A stretch of DNA of 64,000 nt from Candidatus Saccharimonadales bacterium (GCA_035710125.1 DASTDY010000063.1:22446-86445), one strand, 5' to 3'. Counted from the first letter of the stretch, positions 43,449 through 52,823 are shown. A program made the numbers and translations. The notes: generated by a model not told the origin, from the letters alone.

Positions 43449-46163
43449 ATGTCAAAAGTAAACACATATTATAACCAAACTGTGCAATCGGTGGCTGCCG
43501 GTTTGCGTGTTGACGTTAAAAAAGGCATTAAAAAAACAGATGTAGCAACAAGGCAGTCGCAATATGGGCTTAACCAGCTGCCCAGTGGGCCTAAAAAATC
43601 GGCCATAGGCATATTTTTAGCGCAATTTAAAGATGTGCTCATTTTTGTGTTAATTATTGCAGCCACGGTATCACTTGGCCTTAGCTTTTTAGAAGAAGAC
43701 GGTACCCCAACTGAAGCGCTTTTAATTTACGGCATAGTTATTGCTATTGCCCTTGTTGGGTTCTTCAACGAATTTAAGGCAGAAAAAACTGTAGAGGCAC
43801 TCCGCAGGCTTATGTCGCAAAACTGTAGGGTACGACGCGACGGTGTAGTTATAGAGATCCCAACTAATCAGCTTGTGCCTGGCGATATTGTGTTGCTCGA
43901 TGAGGGCAAGAAGATCCCGGCAGATATCCGCATTGTTATGGCGAACCGCCTAAAGGTGAACGAAGCAAGCCTTACTGGCGAATCGCTGCCCGTAAGCAAA
44001 GAGTCGTTGGTAATAAAGGGCGAGCGCGTGCTGGCCGACCAAACAAATATGTTGTTCTCTGGCACGCTTGTTGCAACAGGCACAGCAGAAGGCATAGTGG
44101 TGGCAACCGGAGCCTCAACCGAGATTGGCCGCATTGCCAAACTAGTCGGTTCAGTTGTAGAAGAACAAACCCCAATGCAGCGCAAGTTAGATGACCTTGG
44201 TAAAAAACTCGGCCTGATTATTTTAGTTATCTGTGTGGCGGTATTTTTTATTATCTTGTTCATGGACCAAGAGGTAGAAAAGGTCGACTTACTACAAAAA
44301 GTATTGCTTGCATTTACTGCCGCGGTGGCGCTGGCTGTGGCAGCTATTCCAGAAGGCCTGGCTTTTGTAGTGCGCATTAGCCTAGCGCTAGGTGCGCGGC
44401 GCATGGCGGCTAAAAATGCCTTGGTCCGGCGGCTAGCTGCTGTTGAATCACTCGGTTCGACAGACGTGATTTGCTCTGATAAGACAGGCACGCTCACCAA
44501 GGGCGAAATGACAGTAAGGGTGTTAGTGACCGCCAAAGGCATGTTTGGGCTTACCGGCTCGGGCTACGAAACCACCGGAAGCATACAGGCAGACGGCAAA
44601 GAGGTAGCTGCTCCTACCGACGTACAGCGTTTAACGCATATTGGTTTGCTTTGTAACAACGCAAGCCTGCAAGACAATACCGTGCTTGGTGACCCTACCG
44701 AAGGTTGTCTGCTGGTGTCGGCAATAAAAGCTGGCCATGACAGGGCTAAAGTTGACGCGGCGTTCCCTCGTATAGATGAAATCCCGTTTAGCTCTAACCG
44801 CAAAATGATGAGCACGTTACACAAAAACAGCACTGGTTATTTTGTGGCAGTAAAAGGTGCGCCAGATGTATTGCTAGAGCGCTGCAGCCATATTCTGGTT
44901 AACGGAAAAGTCGTTGCCCTTACCGCTGCCCAAAAATCGGACATGCTTGCAAAAAACGCCGAACTCGCAAGCCAAGCGCTGCGCGTGTTGGCATTTGCGT
45001 ATCGTGAAGATTCTGTGCAGCCAAACGACGAGCGCATGGAGCATGACCTTATTTTTGTAGGCCTTCAAGGTATGATGGACCCTCCACGCACGGAGGTAAA
45101 AGAGGTAATTGCTAGAGTCCAAACAAACGCCGGCATGCGGGTAATTATGATTACGGGCGATAGCCCAGAAACCGCAAAAGCAGTGGCGAGCGAGATTGGC
45201 ATTGTTGGCCAGGCAATCACCGGCCTCGAGCTAGATAAAATGAGCGAGGCACAATTTATAGCGCGCGTAGAAAAAATTAATATCTATGCCCGCGTAAACC
45301 CAGAGCACAAAATTAGGATTGTGCAGGCGCTCAAGCACCACGGCCACCAGGTAGCCATGACGGGCGACGGCGTAAACGACGCCCCAGCAATTAAAGCAGC
45401 CGACATTGGCATAGCCATGGGAATAACAGGTACCGACGCAGCCAAAGAGGCGGCAGATATGATTTTGCTCGACGACCAGTTCTTAACCATCATAAAAGCT
45501 GTAGAAGAAGGGCGTGGTATATTCGACAACGTTCGTAAATTTGTAAACTTTTTGCTCTCCTGCAACATTGGCGAGGTAATTACGGTACTGTTTGGCATAT
45601 TGATACACGGCAACTTGGTGTTAACTGCAGCCCAGTTACTGTTTATAAACATAGTCACCGACGGGCTGCCAGCAGTTGCCCTAGGCTCCGATCCAGTAAG
45701 TAAAGGTGTTATGAACTTTAAGCCGGCGCATTTTCAGCAGGCAATTATAAACAAACGCGTGTGGGCTGAAATTTTTATTTATGGCACAATCATGAGCATT
45801 GTGTTACTCGCGCAGTACACGTATGTATTGAGCACCGAGGGTGCAGTTATGGCGTCGTCTGTAGTGTTTATTGGCATGGTGATCCACGAATTTATGAGGC
45901 TGTTCGATATAAGAAGCGACTACCGTATGAAATTTTTCAGCAATAAGCTGCTCATGGCAAGCCTTGTAGTGTCGCTGGGGCTACAAGTCGCTATTTTGTA
46001 CATTCCATTTACGGCCAGCATTTTTAACGTAACCCCGATTAGTGCAGGTAATTGGCTTATAATTATTGGCTTATCGCTTGCAATGTTTGCTATTATGAAA
46101 TTGTTAAACCCTGTGCTCGACCGCATTGGCCCAGAATATGCCGGTGCACCGGAGCGCACGTAA
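43449..46163 (+). CDS. P-type ATPase, P2 (Ca2+/cation-transporting) type
   Basis: 904 aa. TGES, DKTGTLT, MITGD and GDGVNDAPA motifs. About 10 TM helices. Confidence 0.9.
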   Translation: MSKVNTYYNQTVQSVAAGLRVDVKKGIKKTDVATRQSQYGLNQLPSGPKKSAIGIFLAQFKDVLIFVLIIAATVSLGLSFLEEDGTPTEALLIYGIVIAIALVGFFNEFKAEKTVEALRRLMSQNCRVRRDGVVIEIPTNQLVPGDIVLLDEGKKIPADIRIVMANRLKVNEASLTGESLPVSKESLVIKGERVLADQTNMLFSGTLVATGTAEGIVVATGASTEIGRIAKLVGSVVEEQTPMQRKLDDLGKKLGLIILVICVAVFFIILFMDQEVEKVDLLQKVLLAFTAAVALAVAAIPEGLAFVVRISLALGARRMAAKNALVRRLAAVESLGSTDVICSDKTGTLTKGEMTVRVLVTAKGMFGLTGSGYETTGSIQADGKEVAAPTDVQRLTHIGLLCNNASLQDNTVLGDPTEGCLLVSAIKAGHDRAKVDAAFPRIDEIPFSSNRKMMSTLHKNSTGYFVAVKGAPDVLLERCSHILVNGKVVALTAAQKSDMLAKNAELASQALRVLAFAYREDSVQPNDERMEHDLIFVGLQGMMDPPRTEVKEVIARVQTNAGMRVIMITGDSPETAKAVASEIGIVGQAITGLELDKMSEAQFIARVEKINIYARVNPEHKIRIVQALKHHGHQVAMTGDGVNDAPAIKAADIGIAMGITGTDAAKEAADMILLDDQFLTIIKAVEEGRGIFDNVRKFVNFLLSCNIGEVITVLFGILIHGNLVLTAAQLLFINIVTDGLPAVALGSDPVSKGVMNFKPAHFQQAIINKRVWAEIFIYGTIMSIVLLAQYTYVLSTEGAVMASSVVFIGMVIHEFMRLFDIRSDYRMKFFSNKLLMASLVVSLGLQVAILYIPFTASIFNVTPISAGNWLIIIGLSLAMFAIMKLLNPVLDRIGPEYAGAPERT

Positions 46164-46185
46164 CACCAAAAGAAAGGAATGCTCT

Positions 46186-46293
46186 ATGGCAGCCCCAAAA
46201 AAGACTGCGCCAAAAACAGATGACGCAGCTGACGTGCTTAAACGCATGAAACAAAAGCAAGCAGAAAACCCAGACAGTTGTCCGTTCTGTTAA
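46186..46293 (+). CDS. Candidate 35-aa small protein (MAAPKKTAPKTDDAADVLKRMKQKQAENPDSCPFC)
   Basis: Below the track cut-off. GAAAGGAA lies upstream of the ATG and a terminator lies 16 nt downstream. Confidence 0.3.
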   Translation: MAAPKKTAPKTDDAADVLKRMKQKQAENPDSCPFC

Positions 46294-46308
46294 ACGGACC
46301 GAGAAGCC

Positions 46309-46345
46309 AAAAAATAACCACCCTAAAATGCGGGTGGTTATTTTG
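46309..46345. terminator. Bidirectional intrinsic terminator
   Basis: aataaccaccc-taaaatgc-gggtggttatt flanked by A and T runs, between convergent genes. Confidence 0.7.
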
Positions 46346-46358
46346 AAGCCAAGACTAC

Positions 46359-46871
46359 TTATTTTTTGTTGTCGCGGATTGCTGTTACAACTTTGCCGTC
46401 GTCTTTAAGGTTTTCAAAGAATAAGACTTGGTCGCGGTTTACCATCATGGCGTCTTCTGGTGCGTGAAGCTCGCTGCCTAGTTTGGCAAGGCTTACCTGA
46501 GGCTGTTCGGCGGTTTGTTTTTTGTCGGCAGGTTGTACAGACTGCTGGACCTGTAGGTAGTAAATATCTGTTAACTTAACATAATGGTCGTTAACGTTGC
46601 TTAGTTTGCCAAAATACACCTGGCCGTTTGTTAAAAAGAGTGCTTGGTACTGGTTGCTATTAATCGAGGCGCCGCCACTGCTCATTTTTTGCCATGCAAA
46701 CCAGCCAATACCGCCAATCACAATTATAGCCACTGCGGCAATAATACCTAGAAGAAGCGGTTTATTAGAATTTTCTTTATGCACATTGCCCCCGTTCGCC
46801 GCAAAATTCGCCGAGCTTGGCTGTGGTTTGCTTACCGGCGTGTTGTTAGATTGACCCCCTCGAAACTCCAT
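46359..46871 (-). CDS. Hypothetical single-TM-anchored protein
   Basis: 170 aa. Disordered N-tail, TM LLLGIIAAVAIIVIGGIGWFAW, beta-rich ectodomain. Confidence 0.6.
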   Translation of the reverse strand: MEFRGGQSNNTPVSKPQPSSANFAANGGNVHKENSNKPLLLGIIAAVAIIVIGGIGWFAWQKMSSGGASINSNQYQALFLTNGQVYFGKLSNVNDHYVKLTDIYYLQVQQSVQPADKKQTAEQPQVSLAKLGSELHAPEDAMMVNRDQVLFFENLKDDGKVVTAIRDNKK

Positions 46872-47014
46872 AAAGCTAGAACTCCATCTATGATACTTAT
46901 GCTATTTACAAGTCTAACGAAATTAAGGATAAGGCACAACCCTGAGCACAATAACAACGATACAGCTGCCCTGTTCACACGGGCAAATATCTGTTACAAT
47001 AACTAACCGAACAT

Positions 47015-47091
47015 GGCAGCGTAGCTCAGTCGGTTAGAGCGTAGGACTCATAAGCCTAAGGTCACTGGTTCAATTCCAGTCGCTGCTACCA
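47015..47091 (+). tRNA. Elongator tRNA-Met (CAU)
   Basis: 77-nt cloverleaf GGCAGCG-TA-GCTC-AGTCGGTTA-GAGC-G-TAGGA-CTCATAA-GCCTA-AGGTC-ACTGG-TTCAATT-CCAGT-CGCTGCT-A-CCA. Resembles E. coli metT from memory. TACAAT -10 box at 46995-47000. Confidence 0.95.
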
Positions 47092-47165
47092 TGAAATTAT
47101 TAATTTGATCCGATCAACTAAATTTGCCCTTGGCGGCAGTAGTTGACGGTAACGGCGTTTAACAT

Positions 47166-47194
47166 GACAGCCGCGCTGATTATGCGCGGTTGTC
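47166..47194 (+). terminator. Stem-loop downstream of tRNA-Met
   Basis: gacagccgcgc-tgattat-gcgcggttgtc (one G-U pair), followed by T-rich sequence. Confidence 0.4.
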
Positions 47195-47222
47195 TGTTTG
47201 ACTGTTTTAAAAAGTTTTGCCC

Positions 47223-47702
47223 TTAACTACTTTTGGTTCGCAATGACTGCTTAAGTCCTACGATAAACCCAATGTTGAGCACGAGGGTCAGCGGAACGAA
47301 CAGGACGTAAGATAACCCAAACTGAACAGCGAACATCCAGTTCTTCGTGCAGGCTTGTGGTCTGTCAAAACCGTGGCAGTTTGCGCCCAGTGCGTCCTGC
47401 AAGACCCCAAAAAGCAGGGCGAGGATTGATAGCGCGGCTATGCCAACAAGAAATCGTAGTGTACCTATAAGAATCTTTGAAGCTTGACCTCGAAGTGCGG
47501 TTAGTGTTGCCACAAAGGCAAGAATAAATGTTGTCACTGCACCAAGGCGGAAAATTATTCCATACGGTTCCGCGAAGTGTGGATCGACAACCACAAAGGG
47601 TAAGGTTACGTAGCCAAGTGCTATGAGGGTAAGCAGGTAGGCCGTTGCCCCGACTAAGCCAATGCCTGTTGCGCTTTTCTGATTTTGGTTGTGCTTTTTC
47701 AT
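47223..47702 (-). CDS. Hypothetical integral membrane protein (4 TM)
   Basis: 159-aa ORF with four hydrophobic helices. No family recognised. Confidence 0.55.
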   Translation of the reverse strand: MKKHNQNQKSATGIGLVGATAYLLTLIALGYVTLPFVVVDPHFAEPYGIIFRLGAVTTFILAFVATLTALRGQASKILIGTLRFLVGIAALSILALLFGVLQDALGANCHGFDRPQACTKNWMFAVQFGLSYVLFVPLTLVLNIGFIVGLKQSLRTKSS

Positions 47703-47819
47703 TACCCTAATTATGCCTTACTAAAAATTGATTGCAAGAATGGAAGTCCCCGCACCGACTCGTCTCCAGAAGAAACGTTGTCGATGCGGGTTGCTCTCCA
47801 GCTTAGAGGAACTTTTTCG

Positions 47820-49985
47820 TTAGCTCAGGTGGGCCTGGATCACCTGCCGGTACGCCTGTTGGCCTTCGCGGTTGGGGTGGAACGAGATACCCGAATTCGG
47901 TGGCAAATTTGCGCCATTGAAGTAGTTGCCTGGGTTGCAAATCTCGTGACCCTTGAATGGCGACATCAGATAGTTCGGGTCGACGTACTCGAAGTTGTCG
48001 ACCAGACTGGCTGCCTCACGCAGTTCTTGGTTCAACAGCAGGATGACATCACGCGCTGCCGTTTTGTCTACTGCGTCTAGGTATCCGCAGTACGGCCATG
48101 TCACAGGAACGTCAGGAGAGGGGATGATCAATGGATATCCCACTACCAACACCCGGGTTTGTGACGACACACGGCTCTTGATCCGGCCGAACAGGTCATT
48201 CAGTTTAGGTGGCAGTACGTGGACAATGTCGTTGACCTTGTCTGCGTATACCTGGCCATCGCACGATGGTCCTGGCACCACACAGGTCTGGGCAAAGGCC
48301 ACAAACCCAATGTTGTTCCCGCCGATAGTGAGCATGACCATATCGGGGTTAACCGTGGTCAGCGCATCAAGCTGCGATGGTTCGCCGCTTTTACCGTTGA
48401 TGACATCCTGGGTGGTCGCTCCGCTACATGCCACAAAGGACGCCAGGTTCAGCCTGGTTCTTGGTGAGCCACCGAGCAGGTTCGCGTAGGCGTTTGGCGA
48501 GCGGGAGCAGCCGTTAGCCTCTTCCGAACCCGCGCCCAATCCTGCGGAGAACGAATCGCCCAATACAACAAGGCTCCGCCATGGTTCGTTGTACTTCAGA
48601 ACCGCGCCACGCTGAAATTCTAGATCTACACCCCTAAAGTCGATGGCGTAGAGCTTTTTCTCTGAGCCGCAGCTGTCCCAGTTGCATCGGGCCAAGACAA
48701 CGTACGCACGCCCGTTGGTCGTGGCGGCTGCGATGTTGCCATGCAAGATGTAGCCCTGGGTTTCTCCTGTGAACCCCTTGCGCGCAATAATCTGGCCCGT
48801 TGCACCGCTGATGAGCACGATGTTTACTCGCCGCGAGTTGATCGAACTATCACCCGAGGCGTAGTATGTTTGCTGCAGCAGGACGTCGCCACGGATGGTG
48901 ACGCTGAAGTTGTGGTTGATGTTGTGCGTGGTCATGGAACTAATTTCCAGAGCCACTTCCCACAACTTGCTACCAGTGCCATCCAGAGCCACCAGCTTGC
49001 GTTCAGCTGGACCGAAGCCGTCGTTGGTGTACTCGTACACCTCGGCGACAACCCCGCCGTTCAACGACGCCTTTATACGGACTACCTGAGTGCAGTTAGG
49101 TAGCAGGTGAACCCAGCCTGGTCCGTCGGGAGCCATCGCCTGGATGTGCTTCATCGTGCCTACACCCATCGTACCGCAGAGGGTCTGCTGGCCGTTGGAC
49201 GTAGCCACCGGGTAGAAAGTCCACCCGTTTGCATCTGTTGCGATTGCGCGGTCGGCCGTCAGCCTGAAGTCAGGGATTACCACCGGGCCGCTCGTCGATC
49301 CCTCGTACGAGAAGTACTGCACGCCGTTGGCGAGCTGTACAACCAGGCCGTTACCGAACGCGGCAAGACTGTCGTTGGTCTGGCCGCCAAACTGGCCGGT
49401 AATTGCCGCATCCAGCAGAATGTTTGGCTCGGATGAACCTGGCGCAACTTCTGGCGTGTACCCAACGAGCCGGTACGACCCGTTGCAGTGCACAACCCCG
49501 TACACATTGCCGTTGACGCCCATCGCCATGGAGTAGACGTCGTCGCAACCAGTCGGGAACGCCTTGCTCCACTTCAGCTGGCCGTCCTTCAGCGCGAGCA
49601 ACCTGGATTGGTTGCCCACGACACCAGCCGAGTACAGCGTGCCGTCCTTGCCGAGCGTTGATTGCCCGGTGCAGGCGTACAGCCGCAGGCCGGTGTTGTT
49701 CGCGACATCCTGGGCCGAGCCGGCAGCGTTGGTGAGTGTGTACGTTCTTGCCTGTGAAGCGTCACCGCTTGGTGCGCCGCAGGCTGCGGCGGTCACCTTG
49801 CCATCCATGTGGCCGAACATTCGCGCGGGAGTTACGCCGTTGTCGAGGCTGGTTTCCCAGGCGACCGTCGGCTCGGTGACTAGCGGATCGGCGACAGCTG
49901 ACACTGGTGATGAGACCAGTGAAGCGCCGCACAAAATTGCAATCGTTGTTAGTGCGTTTACAATTCTGGTTCTTCTTTGACGCAC
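47820..49985 (-). CDS. GC-rich secreted protein: N-terminal beta-propeller-like region + C-terminal SGNH/GDSL hydrolase (lipase/esterase)
   Basis: GTG start, signal peptide ...LVSSPVSAVA. SGNH blocks VVLGDSFSAGLG, ACSGATT, LTIGGNNIGF, ISFHPN. Many overlapping ORFs in the track. Confidence 0.8.
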   Translation of the reverse strand: MRQRRTRIVNALTTIAILCGASLVSSPVSAVADPLVTEPTVAWETSLDNGVTPARMFGHMDGKVTAAACGAPSGDASQARTYTLTNAAGSAQDVANNTGLRLYACTGQSTLGKDGTLYSAGVVGNQSRLLALKDGQLKWSKAFPTGCDDVYSMAMGVNGNVYGVVHCNGSYRLVGYTPEVAPGSSEPNILLDAAITGQFGGQTNDSLAAFGNGLVVQLANGVQYFSYEGSTSGPVVIPDFRLTADRAIATDANGWTFYPVATSNGQQTLCGTMGVGTMKHIQAMAPDGPGWVHLLPNCTQVVRIKASLNGGVVAEVYEYTNDGFGPAERKLVALDGTGSKLWEVALEISSMTTHNINHNFSVTIRGDVLLQQTYYASGDSSINSRRVNIVLISGATGQIIARKGFTGETQGYILHGNIAAATTNGRAYVVLARCNWDSCGSEKKLYAIDFRGVDLEFQRGAVLKYNEPWRSLVVLGDSFSAGLGAGSEEANGCSRSPNAYANLLGGSPRTRLNLASFVACSGATTQDVINGKSGEPSQLDALTTVNPDMVMLTIGGNNIGFVAFAQTCVVPGPSCDGQVYADKVNDIVHVLPPKLNDLFGRIKSRVSSQTRVLVVGYPLIIPSPDVPVTWPYCGYLDAVDKTAARDVILLLNQELREAASLVDNFEYVDPNYLMSPFKGHEICNPGNYFNGANLPPNSGISFHPNREGQQAYRQVIQAHLS

Positions 49986-50119
49986 AGCTACCGATACCTT
50001 TCGTGAAAAGAACGAGCGAAACTAGCCCGCCCTATGAGGTGGGTTCGCTAAATGCCGGAAGAGCGCCATTATTAATTGCACAAGATGCCTCGAAGTACAA
50101 GCTTTTTTATTGGAGCTAG

Positions 50120-50146
50120 CTGGTTCGATCCCCATCGTTACTACCA
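50120..50146 (+). repeat. tRNA 3'-end-like fragment (T-loop, T-stem 3' strand, acceptor 3' strand, ACCA)
   Basis: ctggTTCGATCCCCATCGTTACTACCA aligns with tRNA-Met 47065-47091 (about 25 of 32 positions including 5 nt of flank). It has no 5' half. Confidence 0.45.
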
Positions 50147-50174
50147 TAAAACCGAACTAAGCTATTATGTATCT

Positions 50175-51179
50175 ATGAAGATCACACTTACCGAACTCAA
50201 CAGTAAAGTTATGGCTGGCGTAAAGAAGCTTGGATACAAGGGCGAGGATGCCCAAATTATATGTGACACTCTGCTGTACGCACAGCTTCGGGGCAATAAC
50301 CAAGGCATTGCCAAGTTGGCAACGAATGGAGTGCCAAAGGCCAGCGAAATCGAACCGTTTGCACTTGTTAGGGAACATAAAAGCGGCGCGTTATTTTCTG
50401 GTGGCCATGCAATGGTTGCAAGCATGAAGGCGGCGCAAAAGGCGGTAGAGCTCGCAAAGGAGCATGGCGTTGGCGTTGCTGCGTTAAACCATACGCACAC
50501 TTCATCTGGTGCGATTGGGTATTTTGCCCGCCATATCGCCAAAGAAGGTTTTATTGCACTTGTTTGCGTGGGCAATGGCGACTGGGCGGCGGTTGCGCCA
50601 ACTGGTTCGGCCGAACCAAAACTAGGCACCAACCCTTTGGCATACGCTTTCCCTTATGATGGCGGCGAGGTTGTGTTCGACACCGCCACGGCCGCAATTG
50701 CCTATTATGGTGTGGTGCAGGCCATGCTCACCGGCGAACCACTGCCAAAAGGTGTCGCCTTAAATAGCAAGGGCGAACCAACCACAGATGCCAATCAAGT
50801 TTTAGGCAAGGGCGGCGGCGAAGATGTTGGCGGTGCAATCACCACATTTGCAGACCATAAAGGTTTTGGCTTGTCACTATTTGTGCAGCTGATGGGCAGC
50901 GCCTTTTCTTTAGCGGGCATGCCAGGCGCACACGGCGATGATGGCGGCGGTACGTTCGTTTTGGCAATTGACCCTGGTTTGTTAGCCGGAACCGACGAAT
51001 ACATGAAACGCAGCCGTGAATTAGTAGAGAGTATTAGGTCGGCAAAACCGATTGCCGGCCAGCGCGTGTATCTGCCAGGTGAGCGGGGCGATATGCTAGC
51101 AAAGCAAGCGGCTACAACAGGCGAGATCGAAATTGCAGATGGCATTTGGCGACAGCTTTGCACTTTTGTTGATTCGTAA
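50175..51179 (+). CDS. Ldh_2 family (malate/L-lactate/sulfolactate-type) dehydrogenase
   Basis: MKITLTELNSKV...LLYAQLRGNNQGIAKL...NHTHTSSGAIGYF pattern of PF02615-type oxidoreductases. I use the ATG at 50175. Confidence 0.8.
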   Translation: MKITLTELNSKVMAGVKKLGYKGEDAQIICDTLLYAQLRGNNQGIAKLATNGVPKASEIEPFALVREHKSGALFSGGHAMVASMKAAQKAVELAKEHGVGVAALNHTHTSSGAIGYFARHIAKEGFIALVCVGNGDWAAVAPTGSAEPKLGTNPLAYAFPYDGGEVVFDTATAAIAYYGVVQAMLTGEPLPKGVALNSKGEPTTDANQVLGKGGGEDVGGAITTFADHKGFGLSLFVQLMGSAFSLAGMPGAHGDDGGGTFVLAIDPGLLAGTDEYMKRSRELVESIRSAKPIAGQRVYLPGERGDMLAKQAATTGEIEIADGIWRQLCTFVDS

Positions 51180-51221
51180 CGCACCCTTTATTTACAGCCT
51201 TATCCGCCGTAGACTTATGGT

Positions 51222-51737
51222 ATGGAAATGAATTTTTGCCGCAGGTGCAGCGCCAAGCTTACTCAGACACAAGAATATGCGTTCCAATGCGCCAGTGGCC
51301 ACTTAATTTTTGCCAACTCGCCAGCCGCGACCGGCATGATGTTTATAAATGATAAAAAACAGGTACTGGTAATTCGCAGGGCGATCGACCCAGGCAAAGG
51401 CAAAATAGATATGGGCGGTGGATTTTGCGATGGTGGTGAAACCGCCGAAGCCTGCCTTTTGCGGGAAGTCCAAGAAGAACTTGGCCTGTCGCCAGCCGAT
51501 TACGACCCACCCAAATTTTTGTTGAGCTGTATAGACAGCTATGAGTTTAAGGGCGAGGTCGTGCCAGTGCTTTCCCTTATTTTTTGGACACACATAAAAC
51601 CAAACGCCCACATTACCGTGGCAGACGATGTGGCCGCTGCTGAATTTGCAAGTTTTGAAGCCATCGATTCACGCGACATTCAGTTTGAGTCGTTCGCCAA
51701 ATCTTTAGAAGTCTTACGGGACAGAGGCGTTATTTAG
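51222..51737 (+). CDS. Nudix hydrolase with N-terminal zinc ribbon
   Basis: CRRC...CASGH ribbon and canonical Nudix box GGGFCDGGETAEACLLREVQEELGL. Confidence 0.85.
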   Translation: MEMNFCRRCSAKLTQTQEYAFQCASGHLIFANSPAATGMMFINDKKQVLVIRRAIDPGKGKIDMGGGFCDGGETAEACLLREVQEELGLSPADYDPPKFLLSCIDSYEFKGEVVPVLSLIFWTHIKPNAHITVADDVAAAEFASFEAIDSRDIQFESFAKSLEVLRDRGVI

Positions 51738-51816
51738 CAAGCTACTACCTTGTGGATATTTATTAAAAAATATGTCAAGATACCAGAGAAAAGGCACCAA
51801 TTAAGGTAGGTAGAGC

Positions 51817-52332
51817 GTGCAGAACAGCCAGCCAAGGCGTGTGACCCTTGTGGTCGATGTGCCAGCCGGTTCGGAAGTCAACGCAGAGATAGACAGATTT
51901 TTGGAGCTATTGAAGGAGCACGGTAGCCAGGTGCACGTACGGCATTTGAGCTCGGCGCGTCCGATTGAGGATGTCCGGGTGAGCGAAATGATCGCTTTTA
52001 TGCGAGATAAAATAACACCCAACAAGCCGAACAATGCAGGCGGAATGGCGCACCACTTGTTCCGGTCGCTGTTGCGGCGTTTCGCCATGACTGGGCTCTT
52101 GGTGGCACGATGTCGGGAATGCTGTCAGATCATGGGAGTGTGCCGTTGTACCACAAGAGGCACTCTTGCGTGTGACGGTAAAACCTGGGTGTACCAGCTT
52201 ACGCCTAACCACTGGGATCTGGACAGGGCCGGTTTGCTTTCGTTGCGCCGGTCACAGCTGGCCATGCTTGGCCCGCGTACAAGCGAACGTGCTGCGTTGT
52301 TCCAGGACTTCTTGCGCGCCACTGGTGAATAA
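51817..52332 (+). CDS. GC-rich hypothetical protein with Cys cluster
   Basis: GTG start after AAGGTAGG. 171 aa. Cys cluster CRECCQIMGVCRC...C. Overlapping ORFs on both strands. Confidence 0.5.
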   Translation: MQNSQPRRVTLVVDVPAGSEVNAEIDRFLELLKEHGSQVHVRHLSSARPIEDVRVSEMIAFMRDKITPNKPNNAGGMAHHLFRSLLRRFAMTGLLVARCRECCQIMGVCRCTTRGTLACDGKTWVYQLTPNHWDLDRAGLLSLRRSQLAMLGPRTSERAALFQDFLRATGE

Positions 52333-52345
52333 CCTTGGTCGCCTT

Positions 52346-52377
52346 GCACGGACCTCCTATCGCTAGGAGGTCCGTGC
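52346..52377. terminator. 13-bp perfect GC-rich stem-loop without U-tail between convergent GC-rich genes
   Basis: gcacggacctcct-atcgct-aggaggtccgtgc. Confidence 0.6.
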
Positions 52378-52385
52378 TTAGTCCG

Positions 52386-52823
52386 TCAGTCGCCCGATTT
52401 TTTGGGTTTGGGAATGAGTCCCCGGTCGGTCATGCCACTGATGATCGATTCGGCGGTCAAGAAGGGGAACTGCGCCGTGATGCGTGCGGCGAGGCCATCT
52501 GTTGGGAGCTCGGCCTGCAATGAGGGGTCGATCTTCTCGAGCAGCACCAGATGCACCAACTTAGCCTTGACCGTTTCGCCCATGGCCAAGATTTCGTGCT
52601 GGTTGGGCAGGCCGCCTGCAAGTTCGATCCGCAGGATGCCCTTTGGTCCCCGGCTCAGCACCACAAGTTTCATGTTCTCGAGGTGCTCAAGAGCCTTCAA
52701 GACAGTTTGCGGTGACAAGCCATCGTCGATGTGAGCGCCAACCTTGGTCACAGGACTGGTCGCGGTCCGCTCGAATGGCCCGTTATCGCGAATTGCCCGG
52801 TACACTTTGAGTACAGCGTTCAT
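52386..52823 (-). CDS. GC-rich hypothetical protein, possible winged-helix regulator
   Basis: 145 aa. The segment LSPQTVLKALEHLENMKLVVLSRGPKG looks like wHTH. Its upstream region holds the palindrome ATCTAGAT. Confidence 0.45.
   Translation of the reverse strand: MNAVLKVYRAIRDNGPFERTATSPVTKVGAHIDDGLSPQTVLKALEHLENMKLVVLSRGPKGILRIELAGGLPNQHEILAMGETVKAKLVHLVLLEKIDPSLQAELPTDGLAARITAQFPFLTAESIISGMTDRGLIPKPKKSGD

Larger units (their letters stand above)
47092..50146. mobile_element. Putative integrated island remnant between tRNA-Met and a displaced tRNA 3' fragment
   Basis: Bounded by the tRNA 3' end (47060-47091) and a 27-nt tRNA-3'-end-like direct repeat (50120-50146). Carries a GC-rich SGNH gene. 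No integrase is present. Confidence 0.4.
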
